This document shows positions 13,500-27,248 of a DNA stretch of 64,000 nt, piece by piece; within the stretch, counting starts at the first letter, position 1; each line of letters starts with the position of its first letter. Source of the stretch: Welwitschia mirabilis. Taxonomy: Eukaryota. The translations under genes were made by a program, and so were the position numbers. The notes under the pieces are model-generated. The model ran no database searches and was not told where the DNA came from. It worked only from the letters and a program-made list of their open reading frames with translations. Where the stretch lies: the NCBI GenBank assembly GCA_051453625.1, contig JBOZIK010000001.1, forward strand, positions 29,013,138 through 29,077,137, written 5' to 3'.

Positions 13500-14560
13500 T
13501 CATTATGATTATAATATGACTTAATATGTGGATTTTAATGAGTATTATAGCCTTCATTTTCATTAGCTAAATAATTTGAAATAAAGAGGAAAGAGAACAG
13601 AGAGTGTGAAACTAGATTATAGCTTCATGACTTATTTTGAAAATCACAATCATTTCTATTATTCAATAATGCCCACCATGGAAAAATCACTTTATTTCTT
13701 TTTTGTTTATCCACTATGAAGAAATTTTCTAGTAAATCAATTGATTGTATTTCACACTTATGAAAACTCCATTTCATAAATTTACAATGTAAGAAGAAAT
13801 GACTAACATCCTCTCCTTCTATTCCACATAAGAAGTTATCTTGGTTAATTCTAAAGCTTTTCTACCAAAGTTTAACATTCTTTTAGTAGTTTTTCAATGA
13901 TAAGAAGCTATGCAAAAATACTAATTCTTCACAAAATAGTAATTTCTAAAAACTTTGCTACTTTGTATCCAATTCAAACTGTTCCTCATACATTTTTTTT
14001 TTGGCTGAAATTCTTTTCTCTTTCATTAGCACATTATTACATTAATACTTTGATTCATTAAAAATGGTTAAAATTTCATTATCAATGTTTAATGACTTGG
14101 TGATTGCACCTATAAAATTTTCAATGTCTAATGACTTGATGATTACACCTATAAATTTCTATCATATTTTTCTCTAAAACTTTAACCAAGGAATTCTAAA
14201 TTGAAGATGACATTTTCAAGACATTTTCATTAGCATTATTTGATTAAGATCTCCCAAACTTTTCAATCCCAAATCACTTGCTAAGTTTGGTACAATAATA
14301 TTTTGGAATTTACCAAGATGCAAACATTGTTTTTGTTTTCCTATATACTATACAAAGTTCTAAATAATTCTCTCAGTGTTTTTAGAACTTTTGTGATCAT
14401 TGGCATGTAAGAGATTGAGTGTATAGGCATTGATGTAAGGCACACTTTGGCCAAAAGAAGCTTCCCTGTGCTATTAAGAAATTATTTTTAACATTTTTAT
14501 GTCTTGTAACATACATTTTTTATAGTTTCCTCTAATAAGTTTACTTGACTTCATATACAA
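13500..14560 (-). mobile_element. Old L1-clade LINE ORF2 C-terminal relic
   Basis: Minus-strand translations GIESLGDLNQIMLMK (about 14230-14270) and FLCGIEGEDVSHFFLHCKF (zf-RVT-like, about 13780-13835). Confidence 0.6.
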
Positions 14561-14704
14561 TTTTTGAGATGTTATGTAACATTTATTTTCTTCAACCTTT
14601 TATATATTTTTTAAATATTTAATTATAATTTTTACTTATTTACTTTATTAGTATTAATATAAATTACATTTTCCTTCTAATATTTTCTTTATACATGGAT
14701 GACC

Positions 14705-17700
14705 TTTTTTTTGAATGAAAATTAAAGGAATTTCATTGTTGAAACTATAGAAGAACAACTCAAACAAAAAACATGGGAAAGGAGTATAAGGAGGCTAGGA
14801 TAGCCAAATTATAGAAAACATCACTAATCATATCTAAATTAGCAGTTTGAAATTCAAAAATTTCTCTAAAAAGAATTGAGGGTAGACAATATAATCCATA
14901 AAAATTCCAAAAATGGATACTAGAAAGCAAACTGTAGAAATATCTAGAGGATCAAAACTAAGACCTAGAGATGGGGCAACATGAAGGCTACTCTAGAGTC
15001 TTCAAATATCTGAAAGGACATGAAGCTAGAAATAACCTAAGAATCTTTAACTTAATACACTGAGCTAGGGTCTCTGTGGGATAGCATAGGAGGACAGCAT
15101 GGGCTAAAGATGCACAATCAATGAACAGTTTAGGGATACTAGGACTAAGAACCTTAACCTAAAAACAAGGACTGTGATAGACCTACAATAAAGGACTTGG
15201 CTGATGTTGACTATAGCTAAGACCTACATGCAAAATATTGAATTTAGAAGAAAAAGCAGTCCTCTAATGGCTAATGCAGTGCTCAAGGACTATAACTGAA
15301 GCTTACATAGGGTGGCAGCAAGTTGGCTACTCTAGTGTCTAACTAGGACATACCCAGAAAGCATAAGTTGGTCTCAAACTGAACATCTTCAACTCTATGG
15401 AAAGGCATATAAAATGCTTAGATATACTCACTGAGAGAGAACACAAATGGGCAATGTAGGCAATCTCCATTAATGGTTAGTTCAGGAGCTCTGAGCAACC
15501 TTAAGCTATAGACTCGCGATAGGCCTACACAGAAAAGCCTGGCTAGAGAATTAAAGATGGAAAGCACTACAATAACACTGCATACCTCCAATGACCAAAT
15601 CAACACTTAACAAGGTCATAAGTGTCCACTAACATAAGGCTTACTAGCCAAACTTATCTTCAATCAACAAACTAAATCCTACTTTCTATAATAAAATGGT
15701 AGAGAGGACAAACTGATACTTTGATGAAGGAGAAATAGGAAAGTTGATAATGTTGTATATTTCATTGCCCTCAATAGGTCTTGATCTTATTTCTTGATTC
15801 TACTGGATGGATTTTCAATGAGGAAAACCCCCAATTTTGATGCAGGATAAAAAGGAGTAAGGGAACTGCAGAAAGAAATCTTGAGAAACTGTAGAAAGAA
15901 ATCTGGCTAACATTACATGACATTGCTCTAGAGAATATTTTAGAGAGCTTTAGAGAGTAGTAGAAACTAAGACAAGAATTTCCCAATAGAGACCAAAGAC
16001 TACTTAGCTAAACAATTGGAGTTCTACCCATAAACTGAGAAGATATACCCATACGTTAGCATCATAAACGATTTTTTTAAGTGTCTTTTAGTTGATAGAT
16101 GGAAGACAATTTGAAGGATAGCTGCATCTTGATTTCTTTGATAAAATGATGGACTACAAAGTATTTACACTTAAAAATTTTATCGTTTCTTGTTTGTCAA
16201 ACATGGTACATACAAGTTAAAAACAGAAATTTATAGATGCAATATTAGAAGGATTTTAATCTAAATCTTTATTTAATCTAGCTGATTAGATCATCTAAGG
16301 TCTGATGAGGGGTGGATATTTATAATGTTGAATGCTGATTTGAGAAGTAGAGCACACAGAGGGCATTCAAAAAATTTTGGATTCTTTATGTAGCCCACAT
16401 AAGGCACAATTACGATCTATCTAAAGTCCTATCTTGAGAATTCTATTTTTGGTAAATAGTCTATTATTGTAGGTCAGCCATGAGATAAAGAAGAATTTTG
16501 GAATAGCAAAGTAGTTCCAGAATGAATCATACTAGTCTGCCTTAGGGTCCCAACTAACTAAATGATGATACACAGCAAAATGTAAAGAATGAGGTGCCTG
16601 AATCATTCTAAATTAGTGAATCAGCATTGATTTGAATGAATCACCCTAGGAGGTTTCAGAGTTTTAAAATCTTTTTGATGATTCATAAAGTGTTATGCTT
16701 TATCTAGTATTGCCAAATATTTATTTCTTTGAAATAGTACTCATTACATCATTTAATCCAAAGAGTATCCTTCTTAAGCACTAAGTCCCAAAGTTAGGTA
16801 AAAACCAATTCTCTATTCATTAGAATAGAGCTTGTTAGATCTAAAACCCTAGCTTTCTTTGATTTTACCAAATTTTTCCAAGTAATAGGTATTTTTTTGA
16901 TTGATCTATGTTCCTTGTCTACATAAATCTTCTATAAAGAGTGTTGATTTCATGCAGAAATTTATTTGAAAGAATAATACCTTGCATCAAAAGGAGGACA
17001 AAGAATAAAGCACTGTCTTAACTAAAACAAGTCTGTCCATATAGGATAGGAACTTTAAAGTCCAAGATCTAATTTTATTAGTTACTTTAAGAATAAACAA
17101 GAGACAATCTGTAACAGAGAGCTTTTTTAAGTTGAGAAGCACTCCCAATGTTTAACCAGAAGGATTTCTTTTAAAAATCCTACCAAGTGAGTGAATCTAT
17201 CCTTTTTCCATTGAGATATTCCACCAAAGAATGCTTGAATCTTAGTGAGATTAGCCTCAAGACTTGAGACCTTCTTGAAGTAATCTAAAATTTACTTCAT
17301 CAAGAAATGAAACTGATATCAACTTTGAAAAAAAGAAATAGATTATTAGCATAATGCAAATGAGTAGTTTGCAACCTATTACATTTAGGATGGAAATGGA
17401 ATTGGGGGTTCTTAGCCATTTTCTTAAGACCCCAAGAGAGGTATTTCATAATAAGGACAAAGAGGTAGGATGAAGTGAATTACCTTGCCTAAGACCTCTC
17501 TTACCCAAGAAATATCCCATTAACCTCCAATTGATGAGGATTAAGTAGGAAAGTGTGGAAATACAAGTTAAAATCCATTTAATCAGTTTGTAGGGGAAAC
17601 CTAAGCCTTACATTAGATTAAGTAAAAAGGGCCAAGAAACTAAATCAAAGGCCTTTCTAAGGTCTACCTTGAAAGCACATCTTGGGCTAATTCTTGTCCT

Positions 17701-20700
17701 AGCATAATATTGAACAAGGTCCTGCACTGACAGGATGTTATAATAATACTTCTATGTGGGATGAAAGCCCCTTGATTATTTGCTACAATATCATCAATAA
17801 CATCTTTAAGTCTATTAGCTAATATACCCAAAATAACTTTGTAAATAACATTACAACAAGTAATTGGTTGGTAATTAGAGGCCATGTTGGATCACTGAGA
17901 TTTAGGAATCAAAGTGATGGCTATGGAGTTAATGATTCTAGGCATTTTACAGTTAATGAGAAAGCTCTTTATAGATATACAAACATCTTTCCCAATAATA
18001 TTCCAAGAACATTTAAAAAATTTTGCTAAAAAACCATTAGGCCTAGGGGATTTGTCATTTCCAATCGACAAAAAAGCATTTCTAACTTCTTCATTAGATA
18101 TCAGTTTTCAAAGTTCTAGATAATGAAGTTCTGAAATTAAAGGCCTAGTAGATATCATTTAATGGTATATGTTAGAGACTCTTACCTCATTGCTTAGCAG
18201 ATCCTTGAAAAAGGATAATACATTTTATTGGATCTTGTCCTGTTAGTTTAGGAAAGTGCCATTTGCATCATAAAGAGTACTAATCACCGATAGATGATTC
18301 CTTTATTTGAGGCAAGCATGAAAATACACTAAATTTAGATCTTCCTCAAATTTCCATCTAATTTTATCTTATTGCTTATTAAACTAGAATTCCTAAGAAA
18401 GAAGATTTTTGTAGAATGAAATAACTTCTTTTCCCTTCTATAAGAGATCAAAATGTAGGGGGGCTACATCAAGCTACTTTTGGATGGTTAAGAACTCACA
18501 TTTGGCTTTTTTAATGTGCTTACTTAAACTTCTCGTATCTAGGGAAAAATTGGTATTAAGAGCTTGTTTTATATGGAGGAATTTCTTGTGGAGATTACCC
18601 ACAGAATTGTAGGTTGGGTGGATAGGCCAAGATGATTGAATAACAATGAGAAAACCTTTATCTTCATACTAGAAATTACAAAACCGAAAAGGAGGATTGA
18701 TCTTGATACCTTTAATGACATTAAGGATGATTGGGGAATGAGCAGAAAGGCCTAGAGGATGAAAATCTGTAAAAGTAAAAGAAAATAAATAAAATCATCT
18801 ATTATTAATCAATGCTATATCTTGTTTTCACTGAATCCTTATATGGACTTACTATTTATCTAACTACATAAAAGAACAACCAATGTGCTTTAAGTCTAAA
18901 AGATGAGTAGAAAGAAAAAGATCCTGAAGTCCCTCTATGTCTTTAGAGGTCACCAAGGAGCCATTCCTTTTTTTGTTAAGATTATTAATACAATTCAAAT
19001 CACCTAGCAGTATCGAAGGTGAGATTATCATCTTGTTGAAATTAATAATATTTGCTCAAAAAGGCTATCTGTCTTTGTGGGTGTTGAAAGAACAAAAAAA
19101 AGAGATCCCAAGAGTAGAACCATTAAGAATCCTTTTGCAATGAATAAACTGTAGAGAAATGGGTTTTACTATAATATGAGCATCTTTTGAATTCCAGAAA
19201 ATCATAATCCTACCATTTGATGTGTTGTTAAAGTTGTGGACAAAATTTCACGAAGGATTATGCATAGAATTTCTAGTAATGCTATCAGCTCTACTAACTT
19301 GCACTTTAATTTCTAGGATTGCAATAATGCTAAAATGCTACTAACCAATAAAATGTTGAATTTCCTACTATTTTTTAGGGACATTCAGGCCTCTTACATT
19401 CCAAGAAGCAATTTTCATGTTGCATTTTTGTTGAGATCCAAAACCCCTTTTCCCTACCCCTTTTGGATTTGTGCTTATTAGAATGGTAGGAAAAGTTGAT
19501 AGGATCTACAACTTTTTAAGAAGGAATAACATCTATTGGGACAATATTAATGCATATTTTACTAGTTTTGAATGACCTTTAGGAAAAGACTATGAAATAT
19601 CGACTTCTGCTTGAAGAAGTTCTATGTTATCCATGGAGGTACCTGAGGGAGAAATCACTTTTAATGAAGCGGACTAGGTGTTAGTGCCTTAAGAGAGATC
19701 CACCACCATTACTACTTTCCATGTTTAGCTCTATAGTTATTTTCACTTCAGAGAAATAAGATGGAGGTTCATCATCAATTGATAGTTAGCCTTGGTAAGA
19801 GAAGCCCGCCCTTTGGTTATGGTTTAACAAGTTCAATGGAAATGATAGCCTGCAAGCTTCTATCCTACTTGCGCTATCTGAGTCTACTTCTGAAATTATG
19901 CAGGAGGACAGTGATACACCTTGGGCTGAGCTAAAAGAAGGGGTAGAATATTGTCCATTTGGCATGTCCTAAATCTATGCTCAGAATAAAAAGCACTTGA
20001 ATGAGAATTAACTTCATCTAAGATTACAAGTGCATTGGAAGCAGGATTCCCTTTTCCTTCTTACTCATAGAAAGATGATGCATTTGAGTGCCTAAGTAAA
20101 GAGGGGTCAAGGTTTTTTGAAAAAGGCTTTCAGAACTATTACACTTTTTTATCCTTGGCATAACTCTCTGGTGCATGCTCAAAGAAAACACAATGAGAGC
20201 ATTTACATCTCATCCATTCATATTTTATTCTCTGCTCTAGAATGATTTTGCAAGACTCTTTTAAAGTGATATGAGAAGGTAGCTCATAATCTAGGGTTAT
20301 TTCAACACACACTCTTGTAAAACTTAGCATCCTTTAAGTGGTCGTGAGTGCTTCTATGCATATCAGCTTCCCTATAATACTTGCAATTTTGGATAGAACC
20401 CCCATAGACTAGAGGTTAAGATTTAAGCATGGTAATTTCATCCAAATTGGGAATCTTGTTATCTTCTCTATTTCCAGGGTTGAAGAAGGAAACCAGGGGT
20501 TTAGAATCATAGACCTATTATCAAATAGCCATGGTCCATTTTCTAAAATATTTTACATCTATTTTTTTGACTGAAACTTAAAGAGGAACATACCTCTTTC
20601 AATCTGAGAGACCAAAATTATTTCCTCCTCTTCCCAATTATTTTTGGTGTAGTTTTGCACCTTCTAGATGTGGGGTTTCATCCCGTACATAAATTCAATC

Positions 20701-20950
20701 AAAAGTTCTTCCATTGAGATTCTTCTAAGTTCCAATCCTGCTCATTGATATTAACTTCGGTTGTAGAGAACTACTATGGAAAGAATTCTAAATGAAGTCT
20801 AGCCTCAATGCTTCAATTCCTATCTGCCCATGAGGTTTGTTTGTTGGCTATGTTTGACAGCATGAAGCTTTTCAACATGTCCATATCCTTTCAACCCTAG
20901 TTAGCTAGAGGTGGGAGGGTAGCGACATGAGTTTGAAATAGGTCAAACTT
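14705..20950 (-). mobile_element. Near-full-length decayed L1-clade LINE
   Basis: ORF1 about 20884-19415 (DUF4283-like GPWLFD, RVCVEI, YEW-C-x2-C-x3-H knuckle); ORF2 from 19418 MKIASWNVRGLN (APE endonuclease), RT YQPITCCNVIYK/LRQG/YANN, zf-RVT about 16350-16410; about 1.4 kb 3' UTR; poly(A) at 14705-14712. Confidence 0.93.
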
Positions 20951-22148
20951 GCATCGTGCTCTCTACCATGCACTGGTTTTTACTACACACTTGGTTTCTC
21001 TACTCAGATCCTCTACTCAGTTTCTATTTTTATTAAGTTTTCAATATTCATTTAATAAATCAACTTAGAATCGTTTTGGTTGAATAATTAAATGTAATTT
21101 AATAAATATGAATACAAAATAGATGATTGTTATTAGAAAATATAGATGTTTTTAATTATATAAATAATTAATGATGAATTTTCTAAATAAATATTTCACA
21201 AAAATTATATTAATTCTATATATGATTAAAGTTCTTTATGATGTTATATCTCGTGATAGGTTGTGTACTACTTATCTAAACTTATTATGCTTAGCACTAA
21301 TATTGTACTTATCATATTCCCTACATTTATAACAGTATGTATATTATCTACACCTTCTTCTTACCTTCTCCAATTTTGTGATTTGATGATTCTAGAAAGC
21401 ACTATATTTTCTAAATGATTACGTAAATAATGTTATTGGTTCTTTAAAATCCTTTTTCTTCATGAGAAGAAGTTATTATTAAGTGGTCTGATTAAATTAT
21501 TAATATAAAAAGACTTTATTATATAATTAGACTCTTTTCTAGCTTTAAAATTAGTGAAATAAATTATGATTTATTATTCCCTAACTTAGATCCATGAATT
21601 TCAAAACAATTCTATCTTCTATGTTTCTCTTCTTTTTACAACATTACTTTGTCTAATAAACTAGGTAAATGCTATGAATATAGTTCCAAATGGGGAAAAA
21701 CACCAAAGCTAAAAATGATGAATTTTCTTTCAGAAAAAGTTAGAGAAATAAATAATTAGAAGTATGTCCTTCATGAAGATGATATCCTAACTAAAATTTT
21801 AATGAGTAGGGTGTGGAAATAACACTGAATATTTAGTGGTTGAGATTAAAAACCTACACATCTATACCTTAATAAATGTAACAAATCTCTTATAACATAA
21901 GCTATATAATAAACTTATTATTGCTTCTAGAAAAACGGTTAGACAATCATGAGACTTCATCTGCATTTGCAACAACAAAAGACAATTTTTAACTAAGGTT
22001 CTTATATAAGTCTCAGTATGCTTACCTGAGAAAAAAAAAAGCTTTTTTTTTATTTAACTAATTATTTATACTAATTCAATTGATATGCTTTTACAGGAGA
22101 AGTATAGTTATGGCCACTTTTACTTAACTATATCATAAACCTAATTTC

Positions 22149-23122
22149 ACTGAGAGGCCATCCCCATTTGTTTAGGATAGTGTTACATTTATTTTTTTAA
22201 AATTTTATTTTTATTTGGCTAAGGGGCTATTCCCAATCAGTGATTTATCCGAGATAGTGCTACGCCTATTTTTTTAAAATTTTATTTTTAGTTACAAAAC
22301 TTATAAAACATCAAACTCACTTAATTTGAAAACAGTAGAGGTAATAAATGTTGAAACAACAATTTTAATAAATTTTCAAATAGGAAACCTTAATTTATTT
22401 GAAACATTTAACATCATAATTTTCGAAATGGTAAACCTAATTTTATGGGGCCATTTTCACCATTTAAAAAGGGCCAAACAAATGCACATAATCAATACGT
22501 GATCAAAAGGTGAAAAACATTGATACATCTCGGCCAACTTATAGATATATATTTATATTATATATATAAGCTAGCAAGTACTATTTTCCAGAAGTAAGTG
22601 GTATTTTAAAGTTATATACCATAACTTAAGTCTAGTAATATGGTTTTTTTGGGAATTAAAAAACATGACTTTTTTCTTAAAAAGCATTGTCTTTTTGAAT
22701 TCATTCACATTTCGCATGAGGTTTCAGCTTATGAATTACTTTTTTTTTTTTTTTTTTTGTTAAGACATAAAGACAATTTTTTAATGTCTTCCTCCTTAAA
22801 TTTGAAGGTTTTTAATTTTACAAATTATATTTTCTATAAGTGTTACCATTAGGATATTGATTTTGCTAATCAAAGAAATTGTTGGAATGTGAAATACTTA
22901 ATTACTATAAATTATAAACTATATGTGAATGTTATTATAAAAAGTAATTAAATCTTGTTACCATAAAAGAAACACTACTCACAATATAACATTGGATGAA
23001 GAAGTACAATGAAGTAGTTGAAAGAAATCTCATACAACATGGTATATACTTATTAAAGATGTTGTAGCACAAGTCTGACGCTATAATACGTAATAATCTT
23101 CAAGATGTCATAGGTCTATCTT
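22149..23122. repeat. Modular repeat block 1 (modules A, A, C, B, x, D)
   Basis: Directly alignable to 27249-28042, e.g. ggtaaacctaattttatggggccattttcaccatttaaaaagggccaaacaaatgcac is identical in both. Confidence 0.9.
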
Positions 23123-23344
23123 ACTAATCAACTAATAAACCTATGATATCTCTTATGAGTTCTTAGTTATATCTAGTTATGCATACTCCTAAACTATGTA
23201 AATGTAAAGTATATAGTAAAGTGCTAATGGGGTCGTAGTCCAATTGGTGGAATACTTATCCTTCATTCAAGGGATTGTTTATGAGACTTTTTGTTTCCTG
23301 TAAACGGTGGATTAGTTCTAATGTTACGCGATGATAGGTAACTT

Positions 23345-23782
23345 CGGTGGTTTGACAGTGATTTGAATGTTAAGCTAAACTTAATGACTTGACCTGGCTT
23401 GACTAAGCTTGACCGATTTGAACTAGGCTTGACTGAGGTTGATTAACTTGGACTTACTCTGACTGACTTTGTTTGACTCATTCTGACTGATTTTCCTAAG
23501 CTTTGACAGTTTAACTAGGTTTGAATGAATTTTAATTGTGTTTGGCTAAGTAAGTTTGATTTAATCTTGAGTGAGTTTTGATGGTTGATTGACTTTGACT
23601 CACTTTGACTTTTTAACTAGGTTGACTGAATTTGACAATTCTTGACAGTGGGTGACTAAGTTTGAATAACTTAGTTTGACTGAGTTTAGGTGTTGTGTTT
23701 TGACAGGATTTAACTGTGCTTTGATAGTTTGACTAGGTTTGACTAATTTTGAGTGGATTTGATGGATTTCATTTTGACAGAG
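23345..23782 (+). repeat. Degenerate roughly 10-bp-period TTGAC(T/C/A) tandem array
   Basis: About 18 TTGAC pentamers by manual count, all on one strand (e.g. gtttgactaggtttgactaa). Confidence 0.85.
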
Positions 23783-25156
23783 TTTCCTGACGTTGTAATA
23801 TTTTCTTGCAATTTATTTTAGGTCTAAAAGGTTTTTCTTATAGCGAAAATTTAAATGCATATAACTGAGTTCTAATCTAAAAATCTAGGACTTAATGATG
23901 ATAAAAATTCAACGAAATATATACATACTTTTTTCAGAATATAGAAATTTTTGTGATTTTTTCTTTCTTTGTGTGATTTTCAGAGAGTAGAAAATGAGTG
24001 ATGTAATTTTAATGCCTAAACTAGTTGAAGACTAGATTCGAAACATGATTCCGGAAAAGAAAAAAAATTTAAAAAAAAAGGGTTAAACTCCCATTTAAGA
24101 AAAATATTTTCCTAAGTTTTTTTTTGTTATTTTTTTAAAAAAAGAAAAAACTTTGCCCAAAAAAATTAAATCGCCCCTTTCTTTAAAAAAAAAGAAAATG
24201 CCTTTTAAAAATAAATTAAAAATAACAATAAAAATAAAGTAAAAACCCAGATTTTTTTTTCCTTCTGCCTTGCTCATTGTTCCACCTCGCATTTTTGCAG
24301 AGCTCTCTCAGTGCATTCATTTGCTGGTCTCTGATGCATTCACGTCGATCCGCTGTGGTCACCCTGTTCATTGTTTTCACGCTCTTTCCCCTGTTCGTTG
24401 TTTTCGCCCTCTTTCTCTCCATCTGCCTTACTTGTTACACTAGCTATTTTAATGGGCGCCATGTTTTTTGGTGCTGCCTTGACAATCGATGCCGCCCTAC
24501 ACCAACTTGGCCATCCATTGCCATTGCCCTCTCTGCAGCGCCTAGGGGCGCATATCGCTATCACAGGGATTATTGTTTGAGCCTTTGGATTCCATACTTG
24601 GCACCATTGTGCTTGAATATAATTCTAAAAGGAGGTATCGCCACTAAAAGCTTTGAGTTTAACAGAGTATTTAGTAAGGTTTAGAATAACATCGACTGTG
24701 TAAGGTACTCAACCTTATAGTTAGTCATATTAAGTGATAGAAAGTTACTCATACTATCAAATCTCCTTCAAGTTAATATACCTTATATAAAATTCTACAA
24801 GATGTACCCCACTATAATAATCATAACTCATGACTAAAGTATATCAAATGTTCTTACAAAAATATCTAAAGCATAACCTAGTATCATGGGAAGATACCTT
24901 TTACTCAATTTGGTGCATCTTGTGATAACCTTATTAAGGCATTTAATTATACTATAATGTATAGTGATATAAAATAGAATATCCATATTCTCAATAATCT
25001 AAGATAAACATAGATGATACCTACGATAACACAAGTCATAACTTAAGCAATACCAAGTTTTATAACTACCATATCATTCCATATAATTCCAACTTTACTT
25101 TAGCCTTCATCATACTCATAGATCACTTCGCATAGAAACTTAAAAATTCCAATAGA

Positions 25157-25568
25157 AACATGACTTTTAAACCAATGTTGTGTTTCTAGAAAATCATATT
25201 ATGTACCTTTTGGTATTTCTTGGTGTGTCCAATAAGGTTGCAATTTATGAATTACTTTTCACATTTTCTTATTGAGTCGAGAGAAATTCTCCATATTTTC
25301 CCCCTTAATTTGATTTTTAAAAAAGCTTATATTATGTTTTATATAAGTAAGCGTTATTGTCTAGGTTTTGAATCATGATTTACTTTTAACAACATTCATT
25401 TTGTAAATCAAAGAAGCATAACTTTTAAAATAATGTTGGATTTCTAAATGAGCTTCTTATTTGTATTTTGGTATTTCTTGGTACTTCCAATCAAGTTTTA
25501 ATTTAGGAATTACTTTTCACATTTTCTTAATGAAATGAGAAAATTTTCCCTCTTCGTGCCTTTAATTT
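25157..25568. repeat. Diverged direct repeat (about 150 bp, period about 258 bp)
   Basis: ttttggtatttcttggt...tccaat...gaattacttttcacattttctta occurs twice; a weaker third copy lies at about 22660-22745. Confidence 0.8.
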
Positions 25569-27148
25569 ATTATCTTGTTTTTGAATTTTAATTAATTATT
25601 TATTTGTTTTGTAATAGTTAAGTATACTCTCATTAAAGTTCTAAATCCAAAATTATCTAGCTTCTTGTAGCATCTAAACATATTTTTTAGTACCTAAATA
25701 AACATATTGCATTGTTTCTCTTCTATCATAAAATCATTTAGTGGTCATTTTTAAGATGAAGTTAATGGGCTTTTGTTTTTTAATATTTTTGTTAAATTTA
25801 ACTTAACTTAACCTTTAAATTTAAACTAATCTACATTTTTAGCCATTTTTCTATGTAGTTTAAGGTTATTTTATTTTCTTTATCATACATAATACATAAA
25901 GATACAAAAGCTTTTCTTTCCTTTTCTTTTCCTTTTTTTCTGAAATAATAAATGATAAATTGTATTACAAGTCAGAAAGATAGCAAACAAAGAGTTACAC
26001 CATAGCTTAGAGGTTATTTTTAAGGCACCATAGTAATCACGTTGATATTCAAATCCTCATATATTTGCATCTAGTTTAGTTAAACCATTTTTCTTGTTCC
26101 AATCAAAGAGATGTTCTACACTAGCATATCTTATGTGATCCAAAGAAAATTTTTATTCATTCGAACCATACTTTGGGAAGGGAGTTGGGCAATAGGAGTG
26201 GCTTCAATTGGTTCTTCATTTAAATCTTCTTCAAGTTCCTCATTTGCATCATGCTACTCAGTCTATTCTTTATCTGCTACCTATTGTTTACCCTCTAGTT
26301 CCTCTTCTACGCTAATATCTGTAAGCACATCATCAGTGCACCAAGTAGGTATGGGAAGACCACACTCTTCATCACTCTCTATGCATTTTGAAGGATTCCA
26401 TAGAAGCGATTTCTAAATTGGTCTAAGAGTAATGCTTATCAATTGAGGATGCCTACATCAATTGAAGTTTTCCATTGATTGAAAAAGCTAAATAAGGCCC
26501 ACATGCCTTACTTTTTCACTTTCAAGAGGATAGTGTAAGAAATTTAAGAGAAAAAAGGGGAGATCTCTCCAAAACTCATCCAACATTGCTAGCAAAAAAT
26601 GAAAATGAAGCTCATCAATTTTTTAAAAACTCCTCTCTAAGGTGAAGTACATTATTATACATGCTTCTTAAGCATAAAAATGACTTAGAATATCTTCCCT
26701 CTTGTAGCTACGACCTCTTCTTTTTAAGGGTTTTAAAAATGAGTTACTCAAACTGAGGGACAATGCAAGATTTTGGAGCTCCTCTCTTCAGCTTTATACC
26801 TTGCAGCCTCGTTCAAATAGCATCACTAATGGAATAAATATTGTTATGTATGTTAGAGGATCTATCATTCTAGTTCTTAAAAAACTATTTTTAGAGATCT
26901 AGCTCATGCAGTGTCAAATTCAATACATATGAAGTCCAACTAGTGGCTTGGAATGATTCTCACATTTATTTGTGATTAAGTATACTATCGTGTTTTGTAG
27001 CTGCCATGTCGTCTAGAGTTTTGGCAATGTGCTACAAGTGTGGTGAAAATGCTCTCTACTACATGTTTAGTCTATTTGTAAGAGTGGTTTCATAGAATAG
27101 TGGTGCGCTATTTTTAAAACCTTAAACTTCAATCAGTTCTATAATCTT

Positions 27149-27248
27149 NNNNNNNNNNNNNNNNNNNNNNNNNNNNNNNNNNNNNNNNNNNNNNNNNNNN
27201 NNNNNNNNNNNNNNNNNNNNNNNNNNNNNNNNNNNNNNNNNNNNNNNN
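27149..27248. other. Assembly gap (100 N)
   Basis: Run of N. Confidence 1.

Noticed and set aside
24095-24684. Five overlapping ORFs (65-135 aa) on both strands
   Set aside because: No recognisable domain; low-complexity or hydrophobic translations expected from a locally GC-richer, stop-poor patch
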